A stretch of 64,000 nt of DNA from Vicinamibacterales bacterium (GCA_965249105.1 OZ252219.1:1173914-1237913), one strand, 5' to 3'. Numbered from the stretch's first letter, positions 44,425 to 55,365 are shown. Notes: generated by a model not told the origin, from the sequence alone. Numbers and translations are program-made.

Positions 44425-46880
44425 GATTCGGACCTCCTCATTGTGAACGGCACGCTCCGGGCAACGCCCAGGATGATCGACGACCACCGGTGGTCGGGGC
44501 CGGCGCCTCGCACGATCTGCCGAATGGCCGGCTGATCGTAGTGCTCGACCCCGCGGCCGAGGGCGTAGGTCAGCAGCCTAGCGGTCACCGTCTCGACGAA
44601 CGCCTCCCGGCGCGAGTCTAGCAGCGCGCGCAGTCCCGCGGGTCCATCGAACGCCGCGCCATCGGGTAGCGTGGCGGACGCGTCGACCGGCTCGCCGCCG
44701 TCGTGGGTTCGCCATCTGCCGATCCCGTCGAAGTTCTCGAGCGCGAACCCGAGCGGGTCCATACGCGCGTGGCAGCTCGCGCACACCGGATTTGCCCGGT
44801 GTTGCTCCAGCCGTGCGCGCTGCGAGCGGGGCGCCGCGCCGTCGACGTTCTCGTCGAGGGCCGGCACGTCCGCCGGTGGCGGTGGCGGTGGCGCACCCAG
44901 GATGTTCTCGAGCACCCACTTGCCGCGCAGCACGGGCGACGTTCGCGTCGCGTGCGACGTCGTCGTCAGGATGCTGCCGTGCCCGAGCAGGCCCCGGCGC
45001 CCCTCGTTCACCGTGACACGGCGAAACCGGCTCCCGTAGACGCCGGGGATCCCGTAGTGCCGCGCGAGGCGCTCGTTGACAAACGTGTAGTCTGCGGTCA
45101 GCAGGTCGGTCACGCTGCGGTCTCCGCGCAGTTGGCTCTCGACGAACAGCTCCGTCTCCCGCTGGAACCCGTGCCGGAGGTTCTCGTCGAACTCCGGAAA
45201 CAAGTTCACGTTGGGCGCAACGCGTCGCATGTTGCGCAAGTGCAACCACTGCGCCGCGAAATTGGTCACGAGGGTCGACGATCGCCGGTCGGCCAGCATC
45301 CGCCGGACCTGCCGCTCGAAGACCGCCGGGTCGCTCAGCCGCCCGTTGGCGGCGAGGTCGAGCAGCTCGTCATCCGGGAGGCTGCTCCACAGAAAGAACG
45401 ACAGCCGCGAGGCGAGCTCGAGGTCGCTCAGCCGATACGGCGTCCCGGGCGCGGCGCCCGGCGGGTCGGCCTCGAGCCGAAACAGGAACTCAGGGTCGAC
45501 CAGGATCCGCGTCAACGCCCGCTGGATGCCGACGTCGAACGCGCCGGCCTGCCGACCAGCCTCGTAGAAGCCGACGAGCGTGGCGACGTCGGCCTCCACC
45601 ACGGGACGGCGGTAGGCCCGGCGCGCCAGCGTCGCGAGGATCTGCCGCGCGCACGGTTCTTCGGCGTCCGGTGTTTCCGGCTGGCAGACGAAGATACGAC
45701 GCCGGCTCGCAGTGTCGCCGGGTCCGGTGGGGTCGTGCGGGCCGTCGATCGCGAGGCTGCCGATGCCCATCCGTTCGGACTCGAGCCGATCGCGCACGGA
45801 GCTCAGGATAAAGTTGCTAACCGGCAGGCGGCGAGGGGTCACGCCCTCGGGCGCCAGCGTCCGCCGCAGGAACGCGACGCCGACCGACCGCGCACCGGCC
45901 TCGACCCGGACGCGCACCGTCAGCCCGGCGTCGGCGTCCATGCACTCGCTGTAGTTTGTCCCCCCCACCTTCAACGTCTGGCTGCACTTCGGGTCGCCGC
46001 CGGCGGCGAACAGCGCGACCCGCTCGCCGTCGATGCGGCCCTCGAGCTGCTCGGCGCGGGCCAGACCGTAGATGTTGCCGATCACGTCCCGCTGGAGGCG
46101 GAGGCGCAGGATGTAGTCGGCGTCGAGCGGGAAGTAGTGCCGCACCGCGATCCCGCCACGCGACCCCAGGGGAAGCGCTTCGCTGGCGCGGGTATCCTGC
46201 ACGCGGGCCCGCGCGAGGTCGTAGGTCTGCACGGTGGGCGCGACGTCGGAGTTACCGATCGCCAGGCGGCTGACCTTGTGGGCCGCCGAGACGTAGCGCT
46301 CCATCAGCGCCGGCGAGACGTTCAAGACGTCCGCGTTGTTGTCGAAGCCGAAGCCGAGGTCGTCCGCGGGCAAGAGCGACGGCCCGTCGATCTCGAGCGC
46401 CAGGAGATCGCGGATCGCGTTCGTGTACTCGGTGCGGTTGAGCCGATGGACCGACGGCCGCCCCGGGTTCGGCGCCGCGGCGCCGGCCTCGTCGAGCGCG
46501 GTCTCCAGCCACCCCGCGAACCGCTCGTAGGTGGCCGGCTCCGGCCGTGCCTGGCCGCCGGGCGGCGGCATCGTGCGCGTCCGCAGCTTGCGCAGCACCT
46601 TCTCCCAGACCGCCGCGTCGGGGCCGACCGGCTCGAGCGCCACGGCGTCGAGCGCCAGGTTCGCCGTGCGGAGACGGGAGTTGTGGCACGTCACGCAGTA
46701 GCGATCGAGGACCGCACGATACGTCGAGGCCGACGGGACAGCGAGGACCGGCGAGGCCGATTGCTGCGACGGCGCGGCAGCGCGGCGGGCCGGGCGGGCG
46801 AGCGCACCCGCTCCTGGCCAGAGCAGGGCGCTGGCCAGCGCACAGAGGACACCCCATCCCATCGGGTGGCGCATGTTCAC
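44421..46880 (-). CDS. DUF1592/DUF1595/DUF1587/DUF1588/DUF1585-type protein with CxxCH motifs (819 aa)
   Basis: CVTCHN near the N-terminus and CASCH near the C-terminus. Usual partner of DUF1552. Confidence 0.75.
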   Translation of the reverse strand: MNMRHPMGWGVLCALASALLWPGAGALARPARRAAAPSQQSASPVLAVPSASTYRAVLDRYCVTCHNSRLRTANLALDAVALEPVGPDAAVWEKVLRKLRTRTMPPPGGQARPEPATYERFAGWLETALDEAGAAAPNPGRPSVHRLNRTEYTNAIRDLLALEIDGPSLLPADDLGFGFDNNADVLNVSPALMERYVSAAHKVSRLAIGNSDVAPTVQTYDLARARVQDTRASEALPLGSRGGIAVRHYFPLDADYILRLRLQRDVIGNIYGLARAEQLEGRIDGERVALFAAGGDPKCSQTLKVGGTNYSECMDADAGLTVRVRVEAGARSVGVAFLRRTLAPEGVTPRRLPVSNFILSSVRDRLESERMGIGSLAIDGPHDPTGPGDTASRRRIFVCQPETPDAEEPCARQILATLARRAYRRPVVEADVATLVGFYEAGRQAGAFDVGIQRALTRILVDPEFLFRLEADPPGAAPGTPYRLSDLELASRLSFFLWSSLPDDELLDLAANGRLSDPAVFERQVRRMLADRRSSTLVTNFAAQWLHLRNMRRVAPNVNLFPEFDENLRHGFQRETELFVESQLRGDRSVTDLLTADYTFVNERLARHYGIPGVYGSRFRRVTVNEGRRGLLGHGSILTTTSHATRTSPVLRGKWVLENILGAPPPPPPADVPALDENVDGAAPRSQRARLEQHRANPVCASCHARMDPLGFALENFDGIGRWRTHDGGEPVDASATLPDGAAFDGPAGLRALLDSRREAFVETVTARLLTYALGRGVEHYDQPAIRQIVRGAGPDHRWSSIILGVARSVPFTMRRSES

Positions 46881-46931
46881 GGCCAGAATGAATACTAGCG
46901 CAATGCGACGACGACCGAAAGGCCGAAGCGC

Positions 46932-48395
46932 GTGGAATGGGCTGGTGCTGGGAACGCACCCATGGCAGAATCGTCAATCATGATGTGCGAGGGCCCGACC
47001 CGCTCGAGGAGCGGACCCGGCGTGTGGATCGCCGTGGTGCTCGTCACGACCGTGCTCGGAGCCGAAGCGGACCGGCGGCTGATCGAGGCGGTTAAGCGGG
47101 ACGATCGGGCAGCGGTTGCGGCGTTGCTGGCCGAGCGCGTCGACGTCAACGCCGCCGACGCGGATGGCTCCACGGCTCTGCACTGGGCGACCTACGCCGA
47201 CGGCCACGCGACGGTGCGCCTGCTGCTGCGCGCCGGAGCGGACGCGAACGCCGCCGACGCGCACGACGTCTCGCCGCTGACGCTTGCCTGCACGAACGGG
47301 AGCGCCGCGCTCGTGACAACCTTGCTCGGGGCCGGGGCCCATCCGAACGCCGCGACGTGGAGCGGCGAGACGGTACTCATGACCTGTGCACGCACCGGCA
47401 GTGTCGAGGCGGTCGAGGCCCTCCTGGCCGCCGGTGCGGACGTCAACGCCGCCGAGCCGGAAGAAAACCAGACGGCGTTGATGTGGGCCGTGTCGGAGCG
47501 ACACGCGGCCGTCGCGCACGCCCTCGTCGCGCACGGCGCCGATGTGACATCACGGTCCAGGCGCGGGTTCACGCCGCTGCTGTTTGCCGCCCGCGAGGGC
47601 GACCTCGACAGCGCGCGGCTGCTCGTGCAGGCGGGAGCGCGCCCAGACGAGGTGGCCGGCGACGGCACGAGCGCGCTGGTGGTGGCGACGGTGCGCGGCC
47701 ACGCCGCGCTTGGGATGTGGCTGCTTGAGCGGGGGGCCGATCCGAACGCTGCCGGCGCGGGGTACACCGCCTTGCACTGGGCGTCCGGGCTGTGGGAAAC
47801 GGAGCTGACCGGCCCGGCCGGCATCGTGACCGACCGCGATGACGAATGGCGCGCGCTGGCAGGCGTACCGACCGGCAAGCTGGACCTGGTGCGCGCGCTG
47901 CTCGCCCATGGCGCCGATCCGAACGCCCGGGTCGACAAGACGCCGTTGAGCATCGGCTATGGCGGCGGCCCGAACGCCGACGGGGCGACGCCGTTCTATA
48001 TCGCGGCGATGGCGGCCGACCTCGACGTCATGCGTCTGCTCGTCAGCGGGGGGGCCGATCCGACACTGCCCAGCGCGCGAGACATGACGCCGTTGATGGT
48101 GGCCGCCGGTGTCGGCCGGCGCCTCACGATCGCCGAGGGCAGCATCACGGCGGAGCAGGCGCTCGCGGCGACGCAGCTCGTCTGGGAACTGGGCGGGGCC
48201 GACATCAACGCCGTCAACGACGCTGGGGATACGGCGATACACGGCGCAGCGAGCGTCGGCTCGGCTGCGCTGGTTCGGTTTCTGGTCGACAACGGTGCCA
48301 TCGTGAACGTCGAGAACGAGCGGGGCCAGACCCCGGTGATGAGGGCGGCGGGCACCGAGGCCGAAGCGCTCCTCCGGGAGCTGGCCTCACGGTGA
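46932..48395 (+). CDS. ankyrin-repeat protein (secreted or membrane-anchored)
   Basis: At least 10 repeats of the G.TALHWA...GH..VV.LLL..GADPNA type. The exact start is uncertain. Confidence 0.8.
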   Translation: MEWAGAGNAPMAESSIMMCEGPTRSRSGPGVWIAVVLVTTVLGAEADRRLIEAVKRDDRAAVAALLAERVDVNAADADGSTALHWATYADGHATVRLLLRAGADANAADAHDVSPLTLACTNGSAALVTTLLGAGAHPNAATWSGETVLMTCARTGSVEAVEALLAAGADVNAAEPEENQTALMWAVSERHAAVAHALVAHGADVTSRSRRGFTPLLFAAREGDLDSARLLVQAGARPDEVAGDGTSALVVATVRGHAALGMWLLERGADPNAAGAGYTALHWASGLWETELTGPAGIVTDRDDEWRALAGVPTGKLDLVRALLAHGADPNARVDKTPLSIGYGGGPNADGATPFYIAAMAADLDVMRLLVSGGADPTLPSARDMTPLMVAAGVGRRLTIAEGSITAEQALAATQLVWELGGADINAVNDAGDTAIHGAASVGSAALVRFLVDNGAIVNVENERGQTPVMRAAGTEAEALLRELASR

Positions 48396-48620
48396 TGATG
48401 TCGGTCGCATCGACCTGGTCGAGGAGAACCGGGTCCTCAAAGGGCAGCTTGGTGGCCGGAAGCTCCGGCTGACTGACGATTAGCGTCGCACGCCCAAACG
48501 GGCGCCCCGCCTGACTTGTCACTGACCGATGCGGTACCACTCTGGTCTCCCGAGGCCGGAGAATTGGCTTTCATCCATGGCACCCGGCGCGTCAGAATAA
48601 TGGTGCGGGGGGGGTGACAC

Positions 48621-50753
48621 ATGCTGCGATCCACGACAATCGACCGGCGGCGACGCGTGTCCCCGGCGGCCATGCTTGCCGGCGGCCTCGCCGCCGGCGT
48701 CGTCGCGCTCGGCGCCGCGCAGACGGCCGGCATCCAGACGGCGACGCAGGCGGACAGCGGCCGCGCGGTCTACGAGCGTGAGTGCGCCGCCTGCCATCTG
48801 GCCGATTTGAGCGGTGCGTTCGAGGCGCCACCGCTCGCCGGTGCCAACTTCCTGAATTTCTGGGGCGATCGGAGCCCGCGCGATCTCTTCCAGCAGATCA
48901 AGCTCTCGATGCCGCAGGACCGGCCGGGCGGTCTCGAGGATCAGGAGTACGTCGACATCGTCGCCTACATCCTCCGCCACAACGGCGCGCCCGACGGGAG
49001 CGTGCCGCTGACGATGGAGACGACGGTCGCGATCAACTCGGTTACGACCGGTGAGGCGCCGCCCGCGCCCGCGTCGCCAGCCCCCCTCGGCTTCCCGACC
49101 GAGGGCCTCACCGTCACCGGGGAGGTGGACGGGTTCCGGCCGGTCACCGACGCGGAGCTGCGGAACCCGAACCCGGACGACTGGCTGATGATCCGAGGCA
49201 ACTACGGGGCCTGGAGCTATAGCTCGCTCGCGGACATCACGCGCGAGAACGTCGGTGGGCTGCAGCTGGCCTGGACCTGGTCGATGAGCGACGGTGGCTG
49301 GAGTGCCCCCTCCCCGCTCGTCCGTGGCGGCGTCCTCTATCTCGTCAACTACGGCATGGTGGTGCAGGCGCTCGATGCCGCCACCGGCGACTTGATCTGG
49401 GAGAACCAGGTCGGCGCGGAGGTGCGCGGCTACACCGGCATGAGCCGGAACCTCGCCATCCACGAGGACAAGCTGTTCTTGGCGACGTCCGACGCCCGCC
49501 TGGTCGCGCTCGATGCCCGAACCGGCGCCGAGGTCTGGAGGACCCGCATCGCCGACCCGTCACTGGGCTACCAGCAGTCGAGCGGGCCGGTCGTCGTCGG
49601 TGGCACGGTGATCCAGGGGCTCGCTGGCTGCGATCGCTTCACCCGCGCCGGCTGCTTCATCAGCGCGTACGACGCCGGCACCGGACGACAACTCTGGAAG
49701 TTCAACACGGTGGCGCGGGACGACGAGCCGGGCGGCAACACCTGGGCCAACCTGTCAAACGTGCTGCGCGGCGGCGGCGACACCTGGATCACCGGCAGCT
49801 ACGATCCCGAGCTGAACCTCGTCTACTACGGCGTCGCGCAGGCAAAGCCGTGGGTCGCGGCGAGCCGTGGAATGACGACGAGCGACCCGGCGCTCTACAC
49901 AAACTCGACGGTGGCGCTCCGGCCGGAGACAGGCGACCTGGTCTGGCACTTTCAGCACGTGCCGGGTGAGACGCTCGACCTCGACGAGGTGTACGAGCGG
50001 GTGCTCGTCGATCTCGGGAGCCGCAAGGTGGTCTTCAGCGCCGGCAAGCACGGTATCCTGTGGAAGCTCGACCGGGAAACCGGCGCGTTCCTCGGCCACA
50101 AGGAGACCGTCTTCCAGAACGTCTTTACCCGGATCGATCCCGAGACCGGAGCGGTCACCTACCGACAAGACATCATCGACGCCACGTTGGAGGAGCCGAT
50201 CCCGGCCTGCCCCAGCACCGCCGGCGGCAAAAACTGGCACCCCATGAGCTACCATCCGGTCGCGGGGTTGCTCGTCCTGCCGCTGGCGCAGACCTGCATG
50301 GACATGGTCGCACGCGCGGTGGTGCTCGAGGAGGGTTCGGGCGGCATCGGGATGAGCGCGCGCCCGTTCTACGAGATGCCGGGCACCAACGGCCGGCTTG
50401 GCAAGTTGGCCGCGTACGACGCCGAGACGATGGAGGAGGTCTGGAGCGTCGAGCAGCGCGCGCCCTTCCTCACCGGCGTGCTGTCGACCGGCGGCGGGCT
50501 CGCCTTCGTCGGCGATCTCGACCGCCGTTTCCGAGCGTTCGACGTCGAGACTGGCACCGAGCTCTGGAGCACCCGCCTTGGCACGTCGGTTCAGGGCTTC
50601 CCCATCACGTTCCGCGCCGGCGGCAGGCAGTACGTGGCGGTCACGGCCGGGCTCGGCGGCGGCAGCCCCCGGATGGCGCCACGGGCGCTGGCGCCCGAGG
50701 TGCGCTACCCGTCGAGCGGGAACGCGCTCTATGTATTCGCGCTGCCTGAGTAA
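48621..50753 (+). CDS. quinohemoprotein: N-terminal c-type cytochrome domain plus PQQ-dependent dehydrogenase propeller
   Basis: RRRR leader, CAACH heme motif, then PQQ-propeller repeats (WSY., [31 protein letters not shown]). Confidence 0.8.
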   Translation: MLRSTTIDRRRRVSPAAMLAGGLAAGVVALGAAQTAGIQTATQADSGRAVYERECAACHLADLSGAFEAPPLAGANFLNFWGDRSPRDLFQQIKLSMPQDRPGGLEDQEYVDIVAYILRHNGAPDGSVPLTMETTVAINSVTTGEAPPAPASPAPLGFPTEGLTVTGEVDGFRPVTDAELRNPNPDDWLMIRGNYGAWSYSSLADITRENVGGLQLAWTWSMSDGGWSAPSPLVRGGVLYLVNYGMVVQALDAATGDLIWENQVGAEVRGYTGMSRNLAIHEDKLFLATSDARLVALDARTGAEVWRTRIADPSLGYQQSSGPVVVGGTVIQGLAGCDRFTRAGCFISAYDAGTGRQLWKFNTVARDDEPGGNTWANLSNVLRGGGDTWITGSYDPELNLVYYGVAQAKPWVAASRGMTTSDPALYTNSTVALRPETGDLVWHFQHVPGETLDLDEVYERVLVDLGSRKVVFSAGKHGILWKLDRETGAFLGHKETVFQNVFTRIDPETGAVTYRQDIIDATLEEPIPACPSTAGGKNWHPMSYHPVAGLLVLPLAQTCMDMVARAVVLEEGSGGIGMSARPFYEMPGTNGRLGKLAAYDAETMEEVWSVEQRAPFLTGVLSTGGGLAFVGDLDRRFRAFDVETGTELWSTRLGTSVQGFPITFRAGGRQYVAVTAGLGGGSPRMAPRALAPEVRYPSSGNALYVFALPE

Positions 50754-50911
50754 CCCGCCCTCATCGGTCTGTCCCTTCCCCCGCCCTACAGCTCTTCCAC
50801 ATCACGGAAGCTCAAGCAGAAGCGATGGAGGGGTATGACGGCAGCGGCACCCAAGCAGGCGAGGATACTGGCGGCCTATCAAGAATCGTCCTCGTAAAAC
50901 CCTCGGGGCCA

Positions 50912-51295
50912 CTATTTCAGGGCCACGACAACACTGCAGAGGGTCATTAGAAACGCCACCGGCGCCCAGAGCATGCGCTCCCGCCTACTGGGCGTTATCA
51001 GATTCATGGTCAGTGCGACCAAGCTGAATAGAACAGCACCCCACACTGCCTTCTGGGAGAACACGTATAGCCGGGGTAGCAGAAAACCCGCTTTGACAAA
51101 GACCGTTAGCGCAAGCAGAAAGAGCACGACGGCTTGTACCATCGCTGCGATTCGCATCCCGGTTGGCAGCTGGCCCGGAAACCGTCCACCCATGGCCAGC
51201 TCGCCCCACGGCACTCCGGCGGCAAGGGCTAGCTGGAAGACAATCAACGACAGTACGAGAAGGCCAAAGATGCCGGCTGCTACGTCCGAAAACAT
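50912..51295 (-). CDS. hypothetical membrane protein (4 TM)
   Basis: Hydrophobic 127-aa ORF on a lower-GC patch. Confidence 0.5.
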   Translation of the reverse strand: MFSDVAAGIFGLLVLSLIVFQLALAAGVPWGELAMGGRFPGQLPTGMRIAAMVQAVVLFLLALTVFVKAGFLLPRLYVFSQKAVWGAVLFSLVALTMNLITPSRRERMLWAPVAFLMTLCSVVVALK

Positions 51296-51338
51296 CCAGA
51301 TTCTGCTCCTGACGCCTAACGAAGGTTAAACCGAACTG

Positions 51339-51445
51339 CGGCGTGGCTGATGATGTCAGACGGAAAGCGATGCCGAAGGTAGCGGGGCCGGCGAGTGTTC
51401 ATCCCGGCATTGTGCCGGGCGGAGAGTCAACCTGACAATACCCCG
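51339..51445 (-). pseudogene. IS6-family IS left-end fragment
   Basis: IR cggggtattgtcaggttgac plus MNTRRPRYLRHRFPSDIISHA. Homologous to 18123..18299. Confidence 0.65.
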
Positions 51446-51478
51446 TCCGATGCGGTGATCCGGCCGCGCGCCGGCACG

Positions 51479-52150
51479 TCACGCTGCTGAGAGAGCGACG
51501 GCGTGCTCGAGGTAGGCGCGCTCCTCGCCCACCTGCCGCAGGAAGCGGGCGACCTGTCGGCGCGAGACGCTCCACGTCTGCGTGTGCCCCTGTGGCGAAG
51601 CGAAGGCCGGCGTTGCCGACGCGTCGTTCGTCAGGTGAACCGGCTGAGCGATGACCCACTCGAGCTGGCTCTCGCGCACGGCCTGCTCCTGCATTTCGGT
51701 GTCCTCGATCTGCGGCCTGAGCAGTAGCGTGAAGAAGAGCCGATCCACCCAGCGCAGGCGACCACGGGTGTTGCCCACGCCAAACGAGCTCTGCACCGCA
51801 AGGCGTCGCACGCCGTGACGTCGCATGGCCGCAATCACATTGCGGGTGCCCGCTGATCGTACGTCCGTCGGCGTCTTAGCCGCTCCGAAGAGGCGCACGC
51901 GCAGCGGGTTCTCGGTGATACCCAACGTGACCACGACGGCGTCGTGGCCGGGCACCACGCAGTCGACATCGTCGGGGTCGGTGGCGTCTCCGTTGACGGT
52001 GTAGAGCCGATCCGACAATCCTTCGAGCGTGTCAGCGTGGCGGGAGAATGCTGTCACCCGGTGTCCAGCGTTGAGCAACTCTTCCACCGCGGCGCGTCCC
52101 GATCCGCCCGTTGCCCCTACGACTAGGACGTTCATCGTCTGTTCCTGCAT
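51479..52150 (-). CDS. NAD(P)H-binding NmrA/atypical-SDR family protein
   Basis: MNVLVVGATGGSGRAAVEELLNAGHRVTAFSR. An AGGAGG sequence lies upstream of the chosen ATG. Confidence 0.75.
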   Translation of the reverse strand: MQEQTMNVLVVGATGGSGRAAVEELLNAGHRVTAFSRHADTLEGLSDRLYTVNGDATDPDDVDCVVPGHDAVVVTLGITENPLRVRLFGAAKTPTDVRSAGTRNVIAAMRRHGVRRLAVQSSFGVGNTRGRLRWVDRLFFTLLLRPQIEDTEMQEQAVRESQLEWVIAQPVHLTNDASATPAFASPQGHTQTWSVSRRQVARFLRQVGEERAYLEHAVALSAA

Positions 52151-52298
52151 CGCTCTGTCCTCCTTCGTGGTTGTGATTTCCAATGGCATCCATTGTGGGA
52201 CGATTATTCTGGATGAACAATGATTCAGAGTCCTGATTAGATTGCCATTCGTCCAATCAATATGGACGAACGGCAATTGGACCGGTAGGGTGGATGGC

Positions 52299-53279
52299 AT
52301 GACCAACGACCCATGGGCCTCTGTGGATCCCCTCGGGCAGGCGCTGCACTTCCTGCGCATGAGCGGCACATTCTACTGCCGCTCGGAATTCACCGCTCCC
52401 TGGGGCGTGGGTCTCCCGCCCATGCGGGACTGCGTCATGTTCCACGTGTTGCTCACAGGTCCCGCATGGCTCGAAGTAAATGGAGCCGAGCGCTGTCGCC
52501 TGCAGCCAGGCGACCTGGTCTTGGTGCCACACGGCGAAGGGCACCTGCTGCGCGACGAACCGGGCACGTTTGCGGCGCCGTTGTTCGACCTGCCTCGCGA
52601 GGAGGTCGGGGCCCACTACGAGCTCCTGCGACACGGTGGCGGGGGCGCACCGACGACGATGATCTGTGGAGCCGTGCGTTTCGACCACCCTGCAGCCCGT
52701 CACCTCGTGGGCTTGCTGCCGAAGCTCATCCACGTCGACACATGGAGCGGTACGGAAGGGGAATGGATCCAGAGCACCGTGCGGCTGATGGCTACCGAGG
52801 CCCGCCAGGTACGCCCCGGCGGCGAGACCGTGATCACGCGCCTCGCCGACATTCTGGTCATCCAAGCCATCCGCTCGTGGATCGATTCCGCGCCAAGCGA
52901 GGAGAAGGGGTGGCTGCGTGCCCTCGAAGACGAGCAGATCGGCCGGGCCATGGCGGCCGTGCACCGCTACCCTGGCCGCATGTGGACGGTGGCGTCCCTG
53001 GCGAGCGAGGTCGCCATGTCTCGCTCGGCGTTCGCCGCCCGTTTTGCGGCGCTCGTCGGCGAACCGGCGATGCACTACGTGGCAAAGTGGAGAATGCACA
53101 CCGCGCTGACGTGGCTCAAGGAAGACGATACGCCACTCGGTGATCTCGCGAGCCGTCTCGGCTACCAGTCCGAGGCCGCGTTCAGCCGAGCCTTCAAGCG
53201 CCTTATCGGTATCTCGCCCGGTGAGGCGCGTCGGAACCAGTCCAGGGTGAACGTGAGCGATCCGGTAACGGTTCCGTGA
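52299..53279 (+). CDS. AraC-family transcriptional regulator (cupin sensor plus HTH)
   Basis: C-terminus WTVASLASEVAMSRSAFAARFAALVGEPAMHYVAKWRM...GYQSEAAFSRAFKRLIGISPGEAR. Divergent from the NmrA-like gene. Confidence 0.8.
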   Translation: MTNDPWASVDPLGQALHFLRMSGTFYCRSEFTAPWGVGLPPMRDCVMFHVLLTGPAWLEVNGAERCRLQPGDLVLVPHGEGHLLRDEPGTFAAPLFDLPREEVGAHYELLRHGGGGAPTTMICGAVRFDHPAARHLVGLLPKLIHVDTWSGTEGEWIQSTVRLMATEARQVRPGGETVITRLADILVIQAIRSWIDSAPSEEKGWLRALEDEQIGRAMAAVHRYPGRMWTVASLASEVAMSRSAFAARFAALVGEPAMHYVAKWRMHTALTWLKEDDTPLGDLASRLGYQSEAAFSRAFKRLIGISPGEARRNQSRVNVSDPVTVP

Positions 53280-53422
53280 CCCTTGTCACCGTTCCTCCAC
53301 TGCAGAGTTGCTTCGGCTCCTGCCCGATTAGTCCTGCCTTATGTGGAGTGATGGCCGGCGGGTTCCCCGAAGGCAGGATCATGAGCAATCTCCGGCCACG
53401 CGTTCGAATCCTCAGACCCGGG

Positions 53423-53869
53423 CTAATTCCCAGGGCCGTTGTCAATCCAATAACGAGGCCCCGGGCCGAGGCGAGCCGCACGGTCTCCAGGGTTCGCTAG
53501 GTGACAGCTGTCGAATGACAGGCAGCCACAGCCGATGCACTGCGTGAGGCCGGCCCCGAGGCGCTCGAGCTCGGCGATTCGGGCCCGAATCCTCGCCTTC
53601 CACTTGCCCATGAGGCGCGACCAGTCAGGGCTGGATGGCACTCGATTCTCCGGCAGCTTGGCGAGCTCGACGCCGATCTCATCGAGGGTCAGACCGACCC
53701 GCTGGGCGTAGACGATGAAGGCGACACGGCGCAGGACCTCGCGGGAAAAGCGTCGGTGGCCGGCGCCAGAGCGGAACGAGGCGATGAGGCCGCGCTCCTC
53801 GTAAAAGCGCAAGGCCGAAGCGGCCACACCGCTCCGCTGTGCGACCTCGCCGATAGTGATGACTGCCAT
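53423..53869 (-). CDS. soxR: SoxR, redox-sensitive MerR-family activator
   Basis: MerR HTH (ITIGEVAQRSGVAASALRFYEERGLI) and the [2Fe-2S] motif CIGCGCLSFDSCHLANP. Confidence 0.85.
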   Translation of the reverse strand: MAVITIGEVAQRSGVAASALRFYEERGLIASFRSGAGHRRFSREVLRRVAFIVYAQRVGLTLDEIGVELAKLPENRVPSSPDWSRLMGKWKARIRARIAELERLGAGLTQCIGCGCLSFDSCHLANPGDRAARLGPGPRYWIDNGPGN

Positions 53870-53873
53870 GGGG

Positions 53874-55305
53874 GAGTCAAGCCCATTCCTAGTTGAAACT
53901 CTCCGCGGCTCCTGATTGCTTACGCGGCTTTCTTCGTCGACGTCGTCGTGTCGATCTTCAGCTCTCGCTTCAATGCGTCACGAAGCCTGGGCAGGTGCCG
54001 GTAGCCCATCACCTTGCGCAGGCGTGGCTCGATGTCCAGGAGCGCAGTGGCCAGCCAGCGATGGCGTTGACTCGAGTTCTGCCAGTGATCGACCTTCGCA
54101 CAGCGCTCCTCAATGAGCGCGTTGATGGACTCGAGGCTGTTCGTCGTCTTCAGCGACCGGCCCAGCACACCGTACACCCCGAGGCGATGCAACGTCAGGG
54201 TCTCGTCGAGGCCTTCCGCCAGACTGCCGGCCGCGGATTGGTTCCGATCCTCCAGCTCATGCTGGAGCGACTTGAGGGCGGCGAGGGCCTCGTCGTACTC
54301 CGGACGGTTGTAGGCGCGCTGGAGACGCTGCCGCCACACCGGCTGCTCACGCTTGGCCACGTAACTCACCACGTTCTCGCGCTTGTGCCACTGACACCGT
54401 TGCACCAGGGCGCGGTGGCGGAAGGCTTTCCGCACGGCCGCCCGGAGCCCCTTGCCGCCATCCACGATCACCAGAAGCCCCTGGGAGACATCGAGGCCCC
54501 GCTCGACCAATGACCGGAGGAACGGGGTCAACACCTTCTCGGTCTCCGTGTCCGTCTCGACGACGCCCAGGAACCGTTTGTCCCCCGTCATCGTGATGCC
54601 GAGGGCGACGACCATCGTCGCCTCGGCGAACGTCTTGCCGTCCAGCACGAGGGCCACGACGTCCTCCCCGGAGAGGTCCCGCTCCTGGAGCTCGCGGAGT
54701 TTCGTCGCGCTGGCCTGAATGAACGCGCGGGACACCGTCGACCCCGATAGGCCGATCGCCCTGGGAATCGCCTCGGCGGCCGCCGCGTAGTTGCGGCACG
54801 AGATCCCATACAGCACGCGCCTCAGCAACAGGTCGTTGACTGCGCGATCGCCATGCAGCGCCTCGTACGACCGCAGGGGAATCTCGCGCTCCGTGACATG
54901 GCGAATCCGGGGCACGCGAATCGGCACGCGCTGGCCGGCCAACCCGACCGTCCCGGGGTTGCTGCCATGACGGCGCCCGCCGACTGACGGGGCTTTGCGG
55001 GCGTAGCGCTCGCCAGCCAGCGCGGTCACTTCCTCGTCGAGCAACTCCTCGATGTGCATCAAGCCCAGCGGAACCAACGACCGGATCAACGCCACCTTGG
55101 CATCGACCTCCAGCTCGGCGTACTCCTCGCGGTCGATGACGTCGACCGCGCCCAACGTGTGACCTTTCTTGCGCTTCCTGACCGACCGTAGGACACTGCT
55201 CATCTCGGCTCCTTTCTCTCGTGGCGTGATGTCCGTCTTCTCAAACGTCATCAAACCACAGGGTTTGGAGCCGCTTCAATTTCCAACTAAGTTTCGCTCA
55301 CACTC
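53874..55305 (-). mobile_element. IS256-family IS, copy 4 (1432 bp)
   Basis: 8-bp TSD ccatgggg at 53866-53873 and 55306-55313. The TSD includes the soxR start codon. Confidence 0.9.
53920..55203 (-). CDS. IS256 family transposase
   Basis: Near-identical to the other three copies. Confidence 0.9.
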   Translation of the reverse strand: MSSVLRSVRKRKKGHTLGAVDVIDREEYAELEVDAKVALIRSLVPLGLMHIEELLDEEVTALAGERYARKAPSVGGRRHGSNPGTVGLAGQRVPIRVPRIRHVTEREIPLRSYEALHGDRAVNDLLLRRVLYGISCRNYAAAAEAIPRAIGLSGSTVSRAFIQASATKLRELQERDLSGEDVVALVLDGKTFAEATMVVALGITMTGDKRFLGVVETDTETEKVLTPFLRSLVERGLDVSQGLLVIVDGGKGLRAAVRKAFRHRALVQRCQWHKRENVVSYVAKREQPVWRQRLQRAYNRPEYDEALAALKSLQHELEDRNQSAAGSLAEGLDETLTLHRLGVYGVLGRSLKTTNSLESINALIEERCAKVDHWQNSSQRHRWLATALLDIEPRLRKVMGYRHLPRLRDALKRELKIDTTTSTKKAA

Positions 55306-55334
55306 CCATGGGGAGAGTTCACCACATTTCTCGC

Positions 55335-55365
55335 TTAACTTCAAGTTAACTTTAACTTGTAGCAT
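55335..55365 (+). promoter_or_regulatory. SoxR-box promoter (MerR-type 19-bp spacer)
   Basis: TTAACT-tcaagttaactttaacttg-TAGCAT. The spacer matches the E. coli soxS operator CCTCAAGTTAACTTGAGG at about 14 of 18 positions. Confidence 0.6.

Noticed and set aside
44703-46898. 731-aa ORF on the plus strand, with similar long ORFs at 34413-36065 (+), 43258-44190 (+), 48519-49463 (-) and 7796-8653 (-)
   Set aside because: These are Arg/Pro/Gly-rich, low-complexity translations antisense to genes with clear domain signatures (DUF1592, capsid/protease, DUF1552, PQQ dehydrogenase). They are typical spurious antisense ORFs of high-GC DNA.
53395-53425. tRNA-like gttcgaatcc motif
   Set aside because: The flanking bases cannot form a T-stem or the rest of a cloverleaf. 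It lies in the soxR/AraC intergenic region.
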